Positions 8,307-17,935 of a DNA stretch of 64,000 bases are shown in pieces. This DNA is from a virus: positions 1 through 64,000 of IMG/VR virus record IMGVR_UViG_3300042691_037543, one strand, 5' to 3'. A program made the translations under genes and the position numbers. How positions within the stretch are numbered: the stretch's first letter is position 1; every line of letters starts with the position of its first letter. The notes below the pieces were generated by a model. It had not been told where the DNA came from and did not search any database. It saw only the letters and a list, made by a program, of their open reading frames with translations.

Positions 8307-8910
8307 ATGAAAGCGTGGACGTGGCGTGACTTAGAGAGCGGCGTGGTCTTCGACCCAACCGAGGCAGGATGGCTCCCCATGCATCTAGCCAAAAGATTTA
8401 CGGATGCCAAGTGGTGCGCCGTGCGCCGTGCGCCGCGCGTACGATTGCACAATTAACCCACCAGCCTGGAAAGGCTTGATGTTCGTGCGAACCCGTGGGT
8501 TCGCGTGCACGCGGCTGATGACTGCGATGTACATGAACGAAGACGGCTGCAAGCGGGTTCTCAAGATGCAGCCCGACGACCTCGCGCGGTTTTATCAGAC
8601 AAAGCCGGCGTGGGCGCGAACCCGCACAATAGAGCCTTTGTGGACCCACATCGTCGGCACCCTGTACGGCGACGCCTATGCGGCTGCGGATGCGGTCATG
8701 CACCGCGTGCCGTGCATGGCGGGAATGTACCGATCGGTACTCCCTATCGCGCAGCATACAAGGCTAACTGAGCTCTACGCGCCTGATCGCACCACGCTCA
8801 GGGTGGTGTTCGCGTCGGTGTTTGGTCGAGCGAACCCGAGCCGCACACAGGTTGCGGAGTGGCTAGGCGCATCCTACGCCGCGTGGAGTATGACCCGTGA
8901 AATGGGATGA
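8307..8910 (+). pseudogene. Hypothetical gene split by a (GTGCGCC)3 repeat
   Basis: AAGGAG RBS and ATG8307 frame stops at 8456; removing one 7-mer joins it in frame to ORF 8404..8910, giving 198 aa. Confidence 0.65.
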
Positions 8911-9433
8911 GCTGAAAACCAACGGAGCAGTGGCACTCAGTAACGAGTACCTGAGCAGTGTATGCCCCGACCACTACGACTTTGGCTGGCGTCGGAACAA
9001 CCGAATCGTCAAACCAACCGTAGACTTCCGCGAAATCCAGATCATCACGGCGCTCGACTTCCCGCAAGAGCTGTCGGACGAAATCCTGCTGATGACGCCT
9101 GATGAGTTCGCGGAGTTTATCGTTGCCAAGCCGCGAATCAGGCTCCCCGATACAGATGAAGTGCTCGTCGATGGATTCCACGGAAGGTATGACATCTTCG
9201 CAGAGATCGTAACCTTCCGGCTACGCACCTCGGGGTATGTGCTGCGCGCGCTACACCCGCTTGGCGACCTTCCGCTGACAACCACCGGGGCGTCTGTTTG
9301 GCAGTACACGCCAGAGCAAGTGCGGGAGGCATGTTTGTTCTGGACGGGGAAGCCCGAACCGGGGCCGATGGAGCTGGAGAACGCCATGCGCGAGCGGTGG
9401 CACGTCGTGCGTGGCTTGCTGGTGGCGGAATGA
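8897..9433 (+). CDS. Hypothetical protein (178 aa)
   Basis: GGAG RBS with GTG start; overlaps both neighbours. Confidence 0.75.
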   Translation: MKWDELKTNGAVALSNEYLSSVCPDHYDFGWRRNNRIVKPTVDFREIQIITALDFPQELSDEILLMTPDEFAEFIVAKPRIRLPDTDEVLVDGFHGRYDIFAEIVTFRLRTSGYVLRALHPLGDLPLTTTGASVWQYTPEQVREACLFWTGKPEPGPMELENAMRERWHVVRGLLVAE

Positions 9434-9795
9434 AGAAACCGAGCCTTCACCTCCGTGCGTTCGCTGAGCTCAAGACAACAGACGGGGATGGGCTCGTCAA
9501 ATGCCTCGCGCCGTACATCAGCCCCCGCGGTTTGAGATGGTCGTGGGCTGGAATGGCCAACACCATCCGTGCCAACAGGTACATACATAACTTGGCTACC
9601 CCGAGCAACAGCGGGTTGGCCACATACCTCAGCATGTACGGGGCGCTTATCTACAAAATCGTAGACGAGCCGCTTGCCCGTCAATGGGTTGCTGAGTTTC
9701 ACAACATCGACAAGCAAGAGGTGGTAGACTCCTGGGAGTACCTGTACTGGTACTACGATGAAATCCTACCCGTGATCCAAGCAATCATACAGTGA
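9430..9795 (+). CDS. Hypothetical protein (121 aa)
   Basis: ATGA overlap with upstream stop. Confidence 0.7.
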   Translation: MKKPSLHLRAFAELKTTDGDGLVKCLAPYISPRGLRWSWAGMANTIRANRYIHNLATPSNSGLATYLSMYGALIYKIVDEPLARQWVAEFHNIDKQEVVDSWEYLYWYYDEILPVIQAIIQ

Positions 9796-9802
9796 GCGTG
9801 AA

Positions 9803-10327
9803 GTGAACCAAACAATCGTGGACGTGCTCAACGAAGCCGCACGACGGTACAACCGCGTGTGGTGGGCAAACGCAATGGAGCTCACCCAGGCCGCGTGGCC
9901 CGACGTGCTCGTGGCCAGCCGTCGGTTCGACCCGGCTCGCGGCGACTACCGCGGTCTGCTGTACCACGTCGCCGTGCGGGCAATGGCGCGGTACCTGCGC
10001 TCGATGAGCGCCCCGGTGAGCGGGGACGTGTGGCGCAAGGGGAGGCTCGACGGGATTCTTAGAGAACCCGTCGAAGACGATTCTTTAACACTTGACGCCG
10101 CGCCCGAGCGGGTCGAATGTGTCGCGCGGGTTCGCGCCCGCGTCGAGGAAGTCCTCGGAGAAGAAGCGCCGTTCGCAGTGCGTTTGCTAACGCGCGAGAG
10201 CACGGCACAAGAGATTGCCGACGAGGCGGGTGTATCCACCAGTCTCGTATACAAGTGGACGATGGTGTGGCGTCGTGTTCTCAAGCACGACGCCGAGCTC
10301 CGTCTGCTGTGGGAGGAGTCCGACTGA
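9803..10327 (+). CDS. ECF/sigma70-like factor
   Basis: Region-2-like ELTQAAW...RRFDPARGDYRGLLY and region-4 HTH TAQEIADEAGVSTSLVYKW. Confidence 0.75.
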   Translation: MNQTIVDVLNEAARRYNRVWWANAMELTQAAWPDVLVASRRFDPARGDYRGLLYHVAVRAMARYLRSMSAPVSGDVWRKGRLDGILREPVEDDSLTLDAAPERVECVARVRARVEEVLGEEAPFAVRLLTRESTAQEIADEAGVSTSLVYKWTMVWRRVLKHDAELRLLWEESD

Positions 10328-10953
10328 TGGACATGGAACTCAAGACGATTACGGCTGCCGAGCTCCGCAGGCAGCCGGTGAACCCGAACGAGATGTCGAG
10401 CGACGAGCTCGTCATGCTCCAGAAGTCGATCAAGCGCTTCGGCATGATCGACCCTGTCATCGTGCAGCCCAACGAAGACGGGCTGACGTATGACATTCTC
10501 GACGGGCACCACCGACTCGAAGCCGCCATCGCGAACGGCATCGTCGGGATTCCGTGTGTCGTCGTGGGCGGGTACATGCCCGACGAGATCAACGCGCTTC
10601 AACTCGCGTTGAACAAGAACCGCGGGCACATCCGACTCGACACTGCGGAGACGATCCTCCGCGAGCTGGCGAGTATGGGGTGGGAGCGCACGGAGCTCGC
10701 GGTGACGGGGTTCAGCGACGACGAGCTCTCGCGCCTGCTCGATGACGCCGTCGAGCAGACTGCGAAGGCGGCGAAGGCGGTGTCGGTCGAAGCTCCTGCG
10801 GCCGAAGACAGACCCTTCACCCTGGAGCTCAAGTTCCACACACAAGAGCAGCTCCGCGCGGTGCGCAAGGCGCTCAAGCGGTCGAGCGGAGAGCTCAAGG
10901 ACGAAAGCCTCGGCATGTTGAACATGCTCGGGCTTCTGGAGGATGGACGATGA
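10327..10953 (+). CDS. ParB/Sulfiredoxin N-terminal domain protein 1
   Basis: NPNEM...SIKRFGMIDPVIV...ILDGHHRLEAA; C-terminal LAVTGFSDDEL typical of phage ParB-N proteins. Confidence 0.85.
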   Translation: MDMELKTITAAELRRQPVNPNEMSSDELVMLQKSIKRFGMIDPVIVQPNEDGLTYDILDGHHRLEAAIANGIVGIPCVVVGGYMPDEINALQLALNKNRGHIRLDTAETILRELASMGWERTELAVTGFSDDELSRLLDDAVEQTAKAAKAVSVEAPAAEDRPFTLELKFHTQEQLRAVRKALKRSSGELKDESLGMLNMLGLLEDGR

Positions 10954-11258
10954 CGACGGAAGTGGTGAAGACGCGGCACGCCCGCAAGTACAAGCGGCGC
11001 ACCTCGAAGGCCGACGACGCGTGGCTCTTGCGTGGGTACATCAACCCGTCGCGGGTGAGCGAGCTCCTCGGCCTGACGGCCCCGACGGTCTACCGCTGGG
11101 GGGCGCTCGGGTATGTGAAGGTCGTCGAAGACGGGCGACGCCGCTTCTTCGACGTGGCATCGCTGCGTGCATATCTGGCGGACGAGAGCCAGACCGCACT
11201 GATCGACGCCCACATCCGTGAACGCAAGGCCCAGCTCCTCGACGAGCTGGACACCTAG
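10950..11258 (+). CDS. Excisionase/MerR-like HTH DNA-binding protein
   Basis: YINPSRVSELLGLTAPTVYRWG...RRRFFDVASLRAYL. Confidence 0.75.
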   Translation: MTTEVVKTRHARKYKRRTSKADDAWLLRGYINPSRVSELLGLTAPTVYRWGALGYVKVVEDGRRRFFDVASLRAYLADESQTALIDAHIRERKAQLLDELDT

Positions 11259-11259
11259 C

Positions 11260-12705
11260 GTGTGGATCGAGGTGGACAACGTCGTCGCGCGGGTCAGCAA
11301 GATCAGCGACGACGAGGCGCACTGGCTGTACAACTTCCTCGTACTGCCAGTGAACGGCTTTCGTGCGCGGTACCTGGGCGGCCAGCAAGGCGAGCCCTTG
11401 TACAACGTGCGCGCGCAGTGCTTCCCGTCAGGGTTGCTCGGCGTGGTCATGCGCGGCGCGCGCGCCGAGAGCATCGAGGTGAACGTGCGCGACAAGCGCA
11501 AGCCGCCTGGGAAGCACGACCACAAGGCGGACCTGTCGTGGCTGCGCGACTACCAACATGAAGCCGTCGAGCGGTGCTTCGTCAAGCACCGCGGCATCAT
11601 CAAGGTAGGGACGGGCGGCGGCAAGACGGAGATCATCGCAGCGCTCGCAGCGCTCTACCCCGTCGAGTGGGATTTTCTCGTGCACCGCGCGAGCCTTCTC
11701 GACGAGATCGCCACGCGCATCGAGCGCCGTATCGGTGAGCCGGTAGGCCGCTTTGGTGACGGCCGGCGGACCTTCGAGCGCGTGAACGTCGTGATGTTTC
11801 AGTCGCTCCACAAGGCGCTCTGTCAGAAAGACAGCCGCGCCTTGGCGCACGTCAAGAGCGTACGCGGCATGGGCATCGACGAAGTGCACGTCGCCGCGAG
11901 CAAGACGTTCTTGCAGACCGCGCAGGCGTACAGCGGGGCGTACTACCGCTTCGGGTTCAGCGGCACGCCGCTCGACCGCAGCGATGAGCGCAACCTCGCA
12001 GTGATCGGCGCGACGGGCGACGTGATTTACCGCCTCGACTCCGCGCAGCTTGTCGAGCACGGCGCCATCGCCCGGCCGACCATTCACCTTGTGCGTATCC
12101 CGGTGCCGCGCATCGGCGGCTACAAGGCGATGAACATGATGCAGTTCTCGCGGCAGTGGGCGCAGTCGTACGACGCGGTCATGGCGTCGCAAGAACGGAT
12201 GAAGGTGCTCGTCAGCACGGTGCAGCAGGCGCCCAAGCCGTGCCTGACTTTCGTGAGGAGCATCGACCACGGGCGTGAGGTAGTGCGCGCGCTACGCAAG
12301 GCGGGGGTCGCGGCAGACTTCGTCTTCGGACAGCGCGACACGCACGCACGAGCCAGCGCGGTCAAGGCGCTCGTCAACGGCGACCTCGATGTGCTGGTCG
12401 CGAACATCGTGTTTCAAGAGGGCGTGGACATCCCGTCGCTCCAGTCCCTCGTCATGGCCGGTGCGAACAAGAGCACCATCGGCACCCTCCAGTCGCTCGG
12501 GCGCGCGCTGCGCCGAACCGACTCCAACAACGTAGTCGTGAAGGATGAAGTGCCGGTTTACGACATCGCGGACACGCACTGCGGGTGCAAGCGCACCGAG
12601 GGCGGGTACACGATGTACGACCACAACACTTGCAAGTGGTTCGACCAGCACACGTCTGCGCGTGTGAAGGACTACCGCAAGGCCGGGCATACTGTGAAGG
12701 AGTGA
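11260..12705 (+). CDS. Superfamily 2 DNA helicase (UvsW-like)
   Basis: LRDYQ, GTGGGKT, DEVH, SGT, EGVDIP, QSLGRALR motifs; start may be 11218. Confidence 0.92.
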   Translation: MWIEVDNVVARVSKISDDEAHWLYNFLVLPVNGFRARYLGGQQGEPLYNVRAQCFPSGLLGVVMRGARAESIEVNVRDKRKPPGKHDHKADLSWLRDYQHEAVERCFVKHRGIIKVGTGGGKTEIIAALAALYPVEWDFLVHRASLLDEIATRIERRIGEPVGRFGDGRRTFERVNVVMFQSLHKALCQKDSRALAHVKSVRGMGIDEVHVAASKTFLQTAQAYSGAYYRFGFSGTPLDRSDERNLAVIGATGDVIYRLDSAQLVEHGAIARPTIHLVRIPVPRIGGYKAMNMMQFSRQWAQSYDAVMASQERMKVLVSTVQQAPKPCLTFVRSIDHGREVVRALRKAGVAADFVFGQRDTHARASAVKALVNGDLDVLVANIVFQEGVDIPSLQSLVMAGANKSTIGTLQSLGRALRRTDSNNVVVKDEVPVYDIADTHCGCKRTEGGYTMYDHNTCKWFDQHTSARVKDYRKAGHTVKE

Positions 12706-12706
12706 G

Positions 12707-13471
12707 ATGATTGACTTGAACCAGCCTTTGATTGGCGGCGCACCCGTCCGGCGGGTTATGCCGTGGGGGCTCATCACGGTGACGTGGCAGGGTGTGTTTC
12801 CACGAGAGCCGGGCCCGTGGCTCTACACGCAGCTCCCGCGTCCCCCGGTGCTCAAGGCAACCAACACCGACGAGCAGAACGCACAGCTCGTCGCGACTGC
12901 GCTCCGCACGACCTACGAGTATGTGCACCCAATTCGTGCACGCTCCGTGAAGGCGGAGCTGGGGTACAGCCGCAGGCGCGCGGTGGGGTCGCTCGACGTG
13001 TACCCGCAGCTCGTCGAGTTCGCACAGCACGCGCTACGGCGAACGTGCGCCCCGCACGAGTGGTTCTACTGGAGCCTCGCTGTGTGGAGCAACCACGTCC
13101 GCGCGAAGAGCAGCGAGGTGTCCATCTTCCCACGCATGGACTGGATGCTGCGCGCGTCGCGCATCGGCACCGACAAGACGTGGGCGTGGTTCAAGCACGA
13201 CCTGCGCAAGATGGGCGGCCAGATCGTGCTCGCCGCGGAGGCGCGGCTGTACGCCGAGCGCTTTCAGCAGATGCAGGCGCGCGTGCAGGCTGTCGCAGAC
13301 CACGGCGCTGCAAAGTCGGTTGTGGTCGCGGCGGCCAACGACGGGCCGTGCACGTTGGAGCAACTGCGCGCGATGGCCCCCAAGGCAGAGCGTGCCGCCA
13401 GGGAGCTCTCCGCAGACCTACAGGCGCGCTACGACGCGTTCGAGTTCTTGAAGGAGTGGGCAAGTGGCTGA
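12707..13471 (+). CDS. Hypothetical protein between the helicases (254 aa)
   Basis: AAGGAG RBS; tightly packed in the replication operon. Confidence 0.75.
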   Translation: MIDLNQPLIGGAPVRRVMPWGLITVTWQGVFPREPGPWLYTQLPRPPVLKATNTDEQNAQLVATALRTTYEYVHPIRARSVKAELGYSRRRAVGSLDVYPQLVEFAQHALRRTCAPHEWFYWSLAVWSNHVRAKSSEVSIFPRMDWMLRASRIGTDKTWAWFKHDLRKMGGQIVLAAEARLYAERFQQMQARVQAVADHGAAKSVVVAAANDGPCTLEQLRAMAPKAERAARELSADLQARYDAFEFLKEWASG

Positions 13472-14765
13472 CAAAAAAGATTCCTACGGGATGACGATGT
13501 CCTTCGAGCGGCTGGTTGCATGTATGTGCGCCAGCCGCGCCTCGTTCATCGGCAAGATCATCACCATCGACCCGTCGCGTCTCGGTGACCCGGCCGCGCA
13601 GCTCGCCGTTCGCTGCGCGCTGGCGATCTTCAAAGACACGGGGCACGGCCCGAGCAGCACGGTCATCTGCGCGCAGCGCGCGCGAAGGTGGGTGCACGAG
13701 GGCTCCACCACCTACGAAGAGCTGAACATGATGCTCGACATGTTCATCGAGGCCCCGCACGAGAAGACTGGCGAGGCCGACGTGCTTGGGGAGCTCGTAC
13801 CCGTACTCAAGCGCGCGGCGCACCAAGAGATCGTCACGAGCACCATGACCGAGTTCGCGAACCGCGGTGACTTCACCAAGGTCCGCAAAAAGCTGGACGA
13901 GGTAGACCGGCTGGGCGTCGTGGATACGTCGCTCGGTACGATTCTCGGCACCGAAGACGTGTTCTCGGAGATCAACCGCTCCAACCTCGCAGACAGACGG
14001 AGCACGGGCATCTTCGAGCTCGACCTCGTGCTGCAAGGCGGCCTGCCTCGTGGGTGCTTGCTGATCGCCGTGGCCGGCACGAGCGGCGGCAAGAGCGTCT
14101 TTATGAATCACATGAGCGCCAAGGGTCTGCGCGACGGGTTGTTCGTCGGATACGCGACCCTGGAGCTGAACGTGGCCACGGTGAACGCGCGCCTGCTGGC
14201 CAACCTCACCGAAGTGCCGATCAACACGATCATGGGCGGCAACCACACGATCGCCCGTGAGAAGTACGAAGAGATGAAGCCCAACCTCGGGCAGTTCGTG
14301 AGCAAGTGGTTCCCCGCGAAGCTCACGACCATGACGGACATCAACGCGTGGGTGGCCGACGCCGAGCAGCGCATGGGTCGCAAGATGGATTTGCTGGCCG
14401 TGGACTACGGCGACAAGTTGGCTTCGACGAAGCAAGCCGACAACATGCAGTCGAGCAGCTACGCCGCGATGGACACGGTGTACGAGACGATGCGCATGTC
14501 GAGCGAGGTTGCGCAGCGCTTCACGATCACCGGGTCGCAGGCGCAGCGTCGCAAGACCAACGACCGCAACAAGCGCATCGAGTCGGAAGACATCGCGGAC
14601 TCGATGGCGAAAGCTCGCATCTGCGACCAGATGATCTCGATGGTCAAGAGCGACGACGGCATGATTACCTTCTTCGTCGCCAAGAACCGCTTTGGTGACG
14701 AGAACATGCTGGTCGGCCCCGTGGCTACCAACTTCGCGTGCGGGCGCATCGCGGGGGTGTACTGA
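13464..14765 (+). CDS. dnaB: DnaB-like replicative helicase
   Basis: STGIFELD...GGLPRG, Walker A AGTSGGKS, TLEL, AVDYGD, AKNRFG. Confidence 0.88.
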   Translation: MADKKDSYGMTMSFERLVACMCASRASFIGKIITIDPSRLGDPAAQLAVRCALAIFKDTGHGPSSTVICAQRARRWVHEGSTTYEELNMMLDMFIEAPHEKTGEADVLGELVPVLKRAAHQEIVTSTMTEFANRGDFTKVRKKLDEVDRLGVVDTSLGTILGTEDVFSEINRSNLADRRSTGIFELDLVLQGGLPRGCLLIAVAGTSGGKSVFMNHMSAKGLRDGLFVGYATLELNVATVNARLLANLTEVPINTIMGGNHTIAREKYEEMKPNLGQFVSKWFPAKLTTMTDINAWVADAEQRMGRKMDLLAVDYGDKLASTKQADNMQSSSYAAMDTVYETMRMSSEVAQRFTITGSQAQRRKTNDRNKRIESEDIADSMAKARICDQMISMVKSDDGMITFFVAKNRFGDENMLVGPVATNFACGRIAGVY

Positions 14766-15652
14766 TGCGCTACCGCCAGCTCAAGGACGCGGTCGCCGCA
14801 GCACTAGAGAGCCCCGAGGCGCGCCGAGGCAACGGCCGCGCACGGGTGCTCTGCCCAAACTGCGTGAGCAGCAAGACCAACCGGCCTGACCACAGCATGT
14901 CCGTGCACCTTATCGCCGGGTGGTTCTACTGCCAGCGATGCAACGTGCGCGGCAAGCTGTGGGACAGCGTAGAAGAGACGGTGCGGGCGATAGGCGGCAA
15001 CGACACAGCACCGGCTTTCGAGTTCTCGTCGGCGGTGTCCGGCGGCCGCGCACTGCGTGACGTTTCCCGTGAATACACGCTCGGCAAAAAGCTCGCGCAG
15101 TTCATCGAGTATCGAAAGCTCCCTGAGCTGTGGCACGCGCCGTTCGTGACCGTGCGGTCGAGTTTGAACACGGACACCGACTTCTCGCTGACGGCGCTCA
15201 TGCACCGCGTGGATAAGCTCGACGAGGTAGCAGGCGCGCAGCGCTTGTACTGCTCAGAGCAATTCTCGCGGTGGACCGTCGAGAAGCGCACTTTGGGGGG
15301 GAGCGACCGAGCCCACGCGTTCTACAACGCACACCAGCTCATGCGCCCGTGCCGGCGCCCGGTGCTGGTGGTCGAGGGGCTGTTCGACGCGGTTGCGCAC
15401 CTACCTGACGCAGTCGCAGTGATGGGCACCCCCGCGGAGGGGCATCTCGAAGCGCTCGCCTTCGCGCCGCGCCCTGTCGTACTCGTGCTCGACGGCGACG
15501 CCTGGGAGCGTGGGTGGGCGAACTCCGAGTACCTACGCTTCATGGGGCAGTGGTCTGCGTCGGTTCGGCTGCCGCCCCGAAAAGACCCTGACGACTTCAC
15601 GCGAGCACAGTTGATGCGTGCAGCGATCGACGAGCTTCTCGAAACCGTATGA
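14765..15652 (+). CDS. DNA primase (Zn finger plus TOPRIM)
   Basis: CPNC...H...CQRC; VVEGLFDA, LDGD, KDPDD. Confidence 0.9.
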   Translation: MRYRQLKDAVAAALESPEARRGNGRARVLCPNCVSSKTNRPDHSMSVHLIAGWFYCQRCNVRGKLWDSVEETVRAIGGNDTAPAFEFSSAVSGGRALRDVSREYTLGKKLAQFIEYRKLPELWHAPFVTVRSSLNTDTDFSLTALMHRVDKLDEVAGAQRLYCSEQFSRWTVEKRTLGGSDRAHAFYNAHQLMRPCRRPVLVVEGLFDAVAHLPDAVAVMGTPAEGHLEALAFAPRPVVLVLDGDAWERGWANSEYLRFMGQWSASVRLPPRKDPDDFTRAQLMRAAIDELLETV

Positions 15653-16416
15653 GCTTCCGCACCGTCGGCAACACGAAGCGAAAACCTGCAACGGCTCGGC
15701 GCGCAGCGAAACAGGTTTCCATCTACCACCTGACCGGCGGCGACCCCGAGCTCTGCAAAACACTGTACGATCCTGTCCCGCGTATCCGCGTCGTAGCGCC
15801 ACCTCCCGAGCTCTACACGCCGAAGGCAAAGATGCGGTGGTCCCTTGACCTGCGCGGGCAGTGGGGGCTACTCAACGCACTCCGAGGGTATGCGCCCACC
15901 GACCGCGCAGCCCTCGGCACGCACTGGCACTGCGTATGCCGCTGCGGCGCGCAGGTTATGGTCATCGCCTCGAAGCTCACCCAAGGTGCCGTGTTCGCCT
16001 GCTCGTGGGCGTGTTGGAACCGTCACGTTGAAGCCGTCATGGAGCTCGACGGTGTGCCTCGCGAAACTGCGGTGCTCTCGCTGCTGGCCCTGACGCGCAC
16101 GAGAATTCGCCGCTTCCTCATCGGGCAGCTTGGGGGGATCGACCCACACGATCATAAACGAATTCTTACAACAACCCGTCTCGTGAAAGGTACGGAACGG
16201 GTTGCACAAGGCATTATGCGCGCATGGGCGCGCCTCGACGAGCGCGAGTGCCACGTCGAGCTGACCCGGCGGTTTCTTCCTGACGGTGTAGAAGCGAAAT
16301 GGGTGGCGCGTGTGACGCGCGCCACCGACGGCAAGACGAAAGCCGTGTCCGCCAACACAGCCATCGGCGCACTGCACAGGCTCGCCCGAGCGGTGAAAAG
16401 GGATCGTATTACATGA
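15649..16416 (+). CDS. Hypothetical protein with a homing-endonuclease-associated Cys domain
   Basis: DLRGQWGLLNAL...WHCVCRCG...LTQG...ACSWAC resembles N-terminal domains of phage HNH/AP2 proteins; no HNH core seen. Confidence 0.55.
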   Translation: MSFRTVGNTKRKPATARRAAKQVSIYHLTGGDPELCKTLYDPVPRIRVVAPPPELYTPKAKMRWSLDLRGQWGLLNALRGYAPTDRAALGTHWHCVCRCGAQVMVIASKLTQGAVFACSWACWNRHVEAVMELDGVPRETAVLSLLALTRTRIRRFLIGQLGGIDPHDHKRILTTTRLVKGTERVAQGIMRAWARLDERECHVELTRRFLPDGVEAKWVARVTRATDGKTKAVSANTAIGALHRLARAVKRDRIT

Positions 16417-16739
16417 AGACGTTTGTGCTGCTGCACACCACCCTCGCGGGTGCGAAGCACCACTTGAACCCCGCAACCTGGGCCAAGCTGTTGCCGCACG
16501 GCACGCCGCTCGATCTGGAGTTCGAGCCGGAAAACGAGTTCGACAAGAACGCGATCCGGCTCATGCTCGGATCGCGCATCAAGGCGGGGTACATTCCCGC
16601 CACGCTCGCACCGATGATCGGTGCGCTGCTCAAGAACGGTCACTGCGTCATGGCGGAAGTCGATGACGCCGATTCGAGTAGCCGCAACCCCACGGTGGGG
16701 ATTGCGCTGCTCATGTTCGTAGCGGAGAGCAAACAATGA
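16413..16739 (+). CDS. HIRAN domain protein
   Basis: TLAGAKH...EPENEFDKNAIR...GYIPATLA. Confidence 0.88.
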   Translation: MKTFVLLHTTLAGAKHHLNPATWAKLLPHGTPLDLEFEPENEFDKNAIRLMLGSRIKAGYIPATLAPMIGALLKNGHCVMAEVDDADSSSRNPTVGIALLMFVAESKQ

Positions 16740-17386
16740 AGAAGCTGGTTCGATTCTGGACGACCAACAACGGCGACGGTGGGTGCAGCGCGACGGTGGA
16801 GTTCGAGTGCTCGAACACCGAAGAGGCGCTCGCCGTGCTCGGTGAGCTCGGGTTCGTCAAGCGCCCCACGGTCGTGACGCTGCCGCCGGCTGCGCCCACG
16901 GTGCCGCCGCCCCCGAAGGCCAACCGCGTCGAGCCCGAGCCGACGCCGCCCCCCGCGGTCGCCGCGCCGGCCCCCGTCGCCCCGGCGCCCGCGGCCGAGG
17001 CCCCCGTGCGGCGCGGCCCCGGTCGCCCCCCGAAGAACCCGGCCCCCGTCGCCCCCGTGGCGCCCGCGCCTCAGCCGAAGCCGGCCCCGGCGCCCACCCC
17101 CGTCGAAGAGAGCGACGACCTCGACAGCCTCGACGAGCCGGAGCCCGAGCCGGTCGCGGTGCGGTCTGGCGAAGACGACAAGATCGTGGCCGACGCGGCG
17201 AACCTCGGCAAGATTCGCGACGTGGTGGAGCTCATCATCAAGCGCAAGGGCTTCACCAAGAGCGAGCAGATCGCGGACTGGGTCGCCAAGTACGGCGCCC
17301 GCATCGAGGCGGTTGCCCGGCTGGGTGACAAGGGTGTCGAGCGCGCCCGCACCGCGGCCGACTTGATGCTCCCCGACGAGGAGTAG
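16736..17386 (+). CDS. Pro/Ala-rich protein with AT-hook-like motif
   Basis: RRGPGRPPK in a long PA linker between two small globular ends. Confidence 0.75.
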   Translation: MKKLVRFWTTNNGDGGCSATVEFECSNTEEALAVLGELGFVKRPTVVTLPPAAPTVPPPPKANRVEPEPTPPPAVAAPAPVAPAPAAEAPVRRGPGRPPKNPAPVAPVAPAPQPKPAPAPTPVEESDDLDSLDEPEPEPVAVRSGEDDKIVADAANLGKIRDVVELIIKRKGFTKSEQIADWVAKYGARIEAVARLGDKGVERARTAADLMLPDEE

Positions 17387-17395
17387 CCCGTACCG

Positions 17396-17436
17396 AGGCG
17401 CGGCTGGGTTTCTTCCCCAGCCGCGCCTTTCTTTTT
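17396..17436 (+). terminator. Rho-independent terminator
   Basis: AGGCGCGGCTGGG / CCCAGCCGCGCCT stem followed by TTCTTTTT. Confidence 0.85.
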
Positions 17437-17440
17437 AGAC

Positions 17441-17935
17441 ATGAGAACATTCATCCACCAGCGGTTTTCCATAATATGCATGTCTGACGAAAGCCGATTC
17501 AACGCATCGCACGAGAACTCACTGTTGAGCACGGGATACCCTCTCGGATCGTGCCAAGTGTGCAACCGCTCGTACAACGTCATGCGCGTTATGTTCAGTG
17601 CGCGAGCTCGTGGTGCTGCGCGATGGTCGTTCGACTTGTGCCCGACTTGCGAACCGTCGGACGTGTGGGTTGACCGCGAGCAGTATTCTCGCTGCGAGAA
17701 AACGGTCCCGTTCAAGCGTGTGGAAACCTACAAGAGCGGGGGCATTCGCGTAGTGCTTTTCCACCGGCACTCCTCGTTCGTGATGGAGTCGATGCTCACG
17801 CACAACAGCTACATGAACCGTAATCTGACGATCCCGAAGGAAATGCAGGCTCCAACGATCCTGTACACCGGGGTCGCACGAAAAGCACACGAGTTCATCG
17901 AGGCGTTGTTCGTTATGACGGGAATGGCCCTGTGA
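17441..17935 (+). CDS. CxxC-CxxC Zn-finger hypothetical protein
   Basis: CQVC...CPTC; start uncertain. Confidence 0.7.
   Translation: MRTFIHQRFSIICMSDESRFNASHENSLLSTGYPLGSCQVCNRSYNVMRVMFSARARGAARWSFDLCPTCEPSDVWVDREQYSRCEKTVPFKRVETYKSGGIRVVLFHRHSSFVMESMLTHNSYMNRNLTIPKEMQAPTILYTGVARKAHEFIEALFVMTGMAL

Noticed and set aside
10327-10953. Complete phage parABS partition locus
   Set aside because: No ParA ATPase in the window; ParB-N proteins are far from the parS sites and lack a visible HTH.
10950-11258. Lysogeny module
   Set aside because: Excisionase-like HTH only; no integrase, att-associated host junction or divergent repressor pair in the window.
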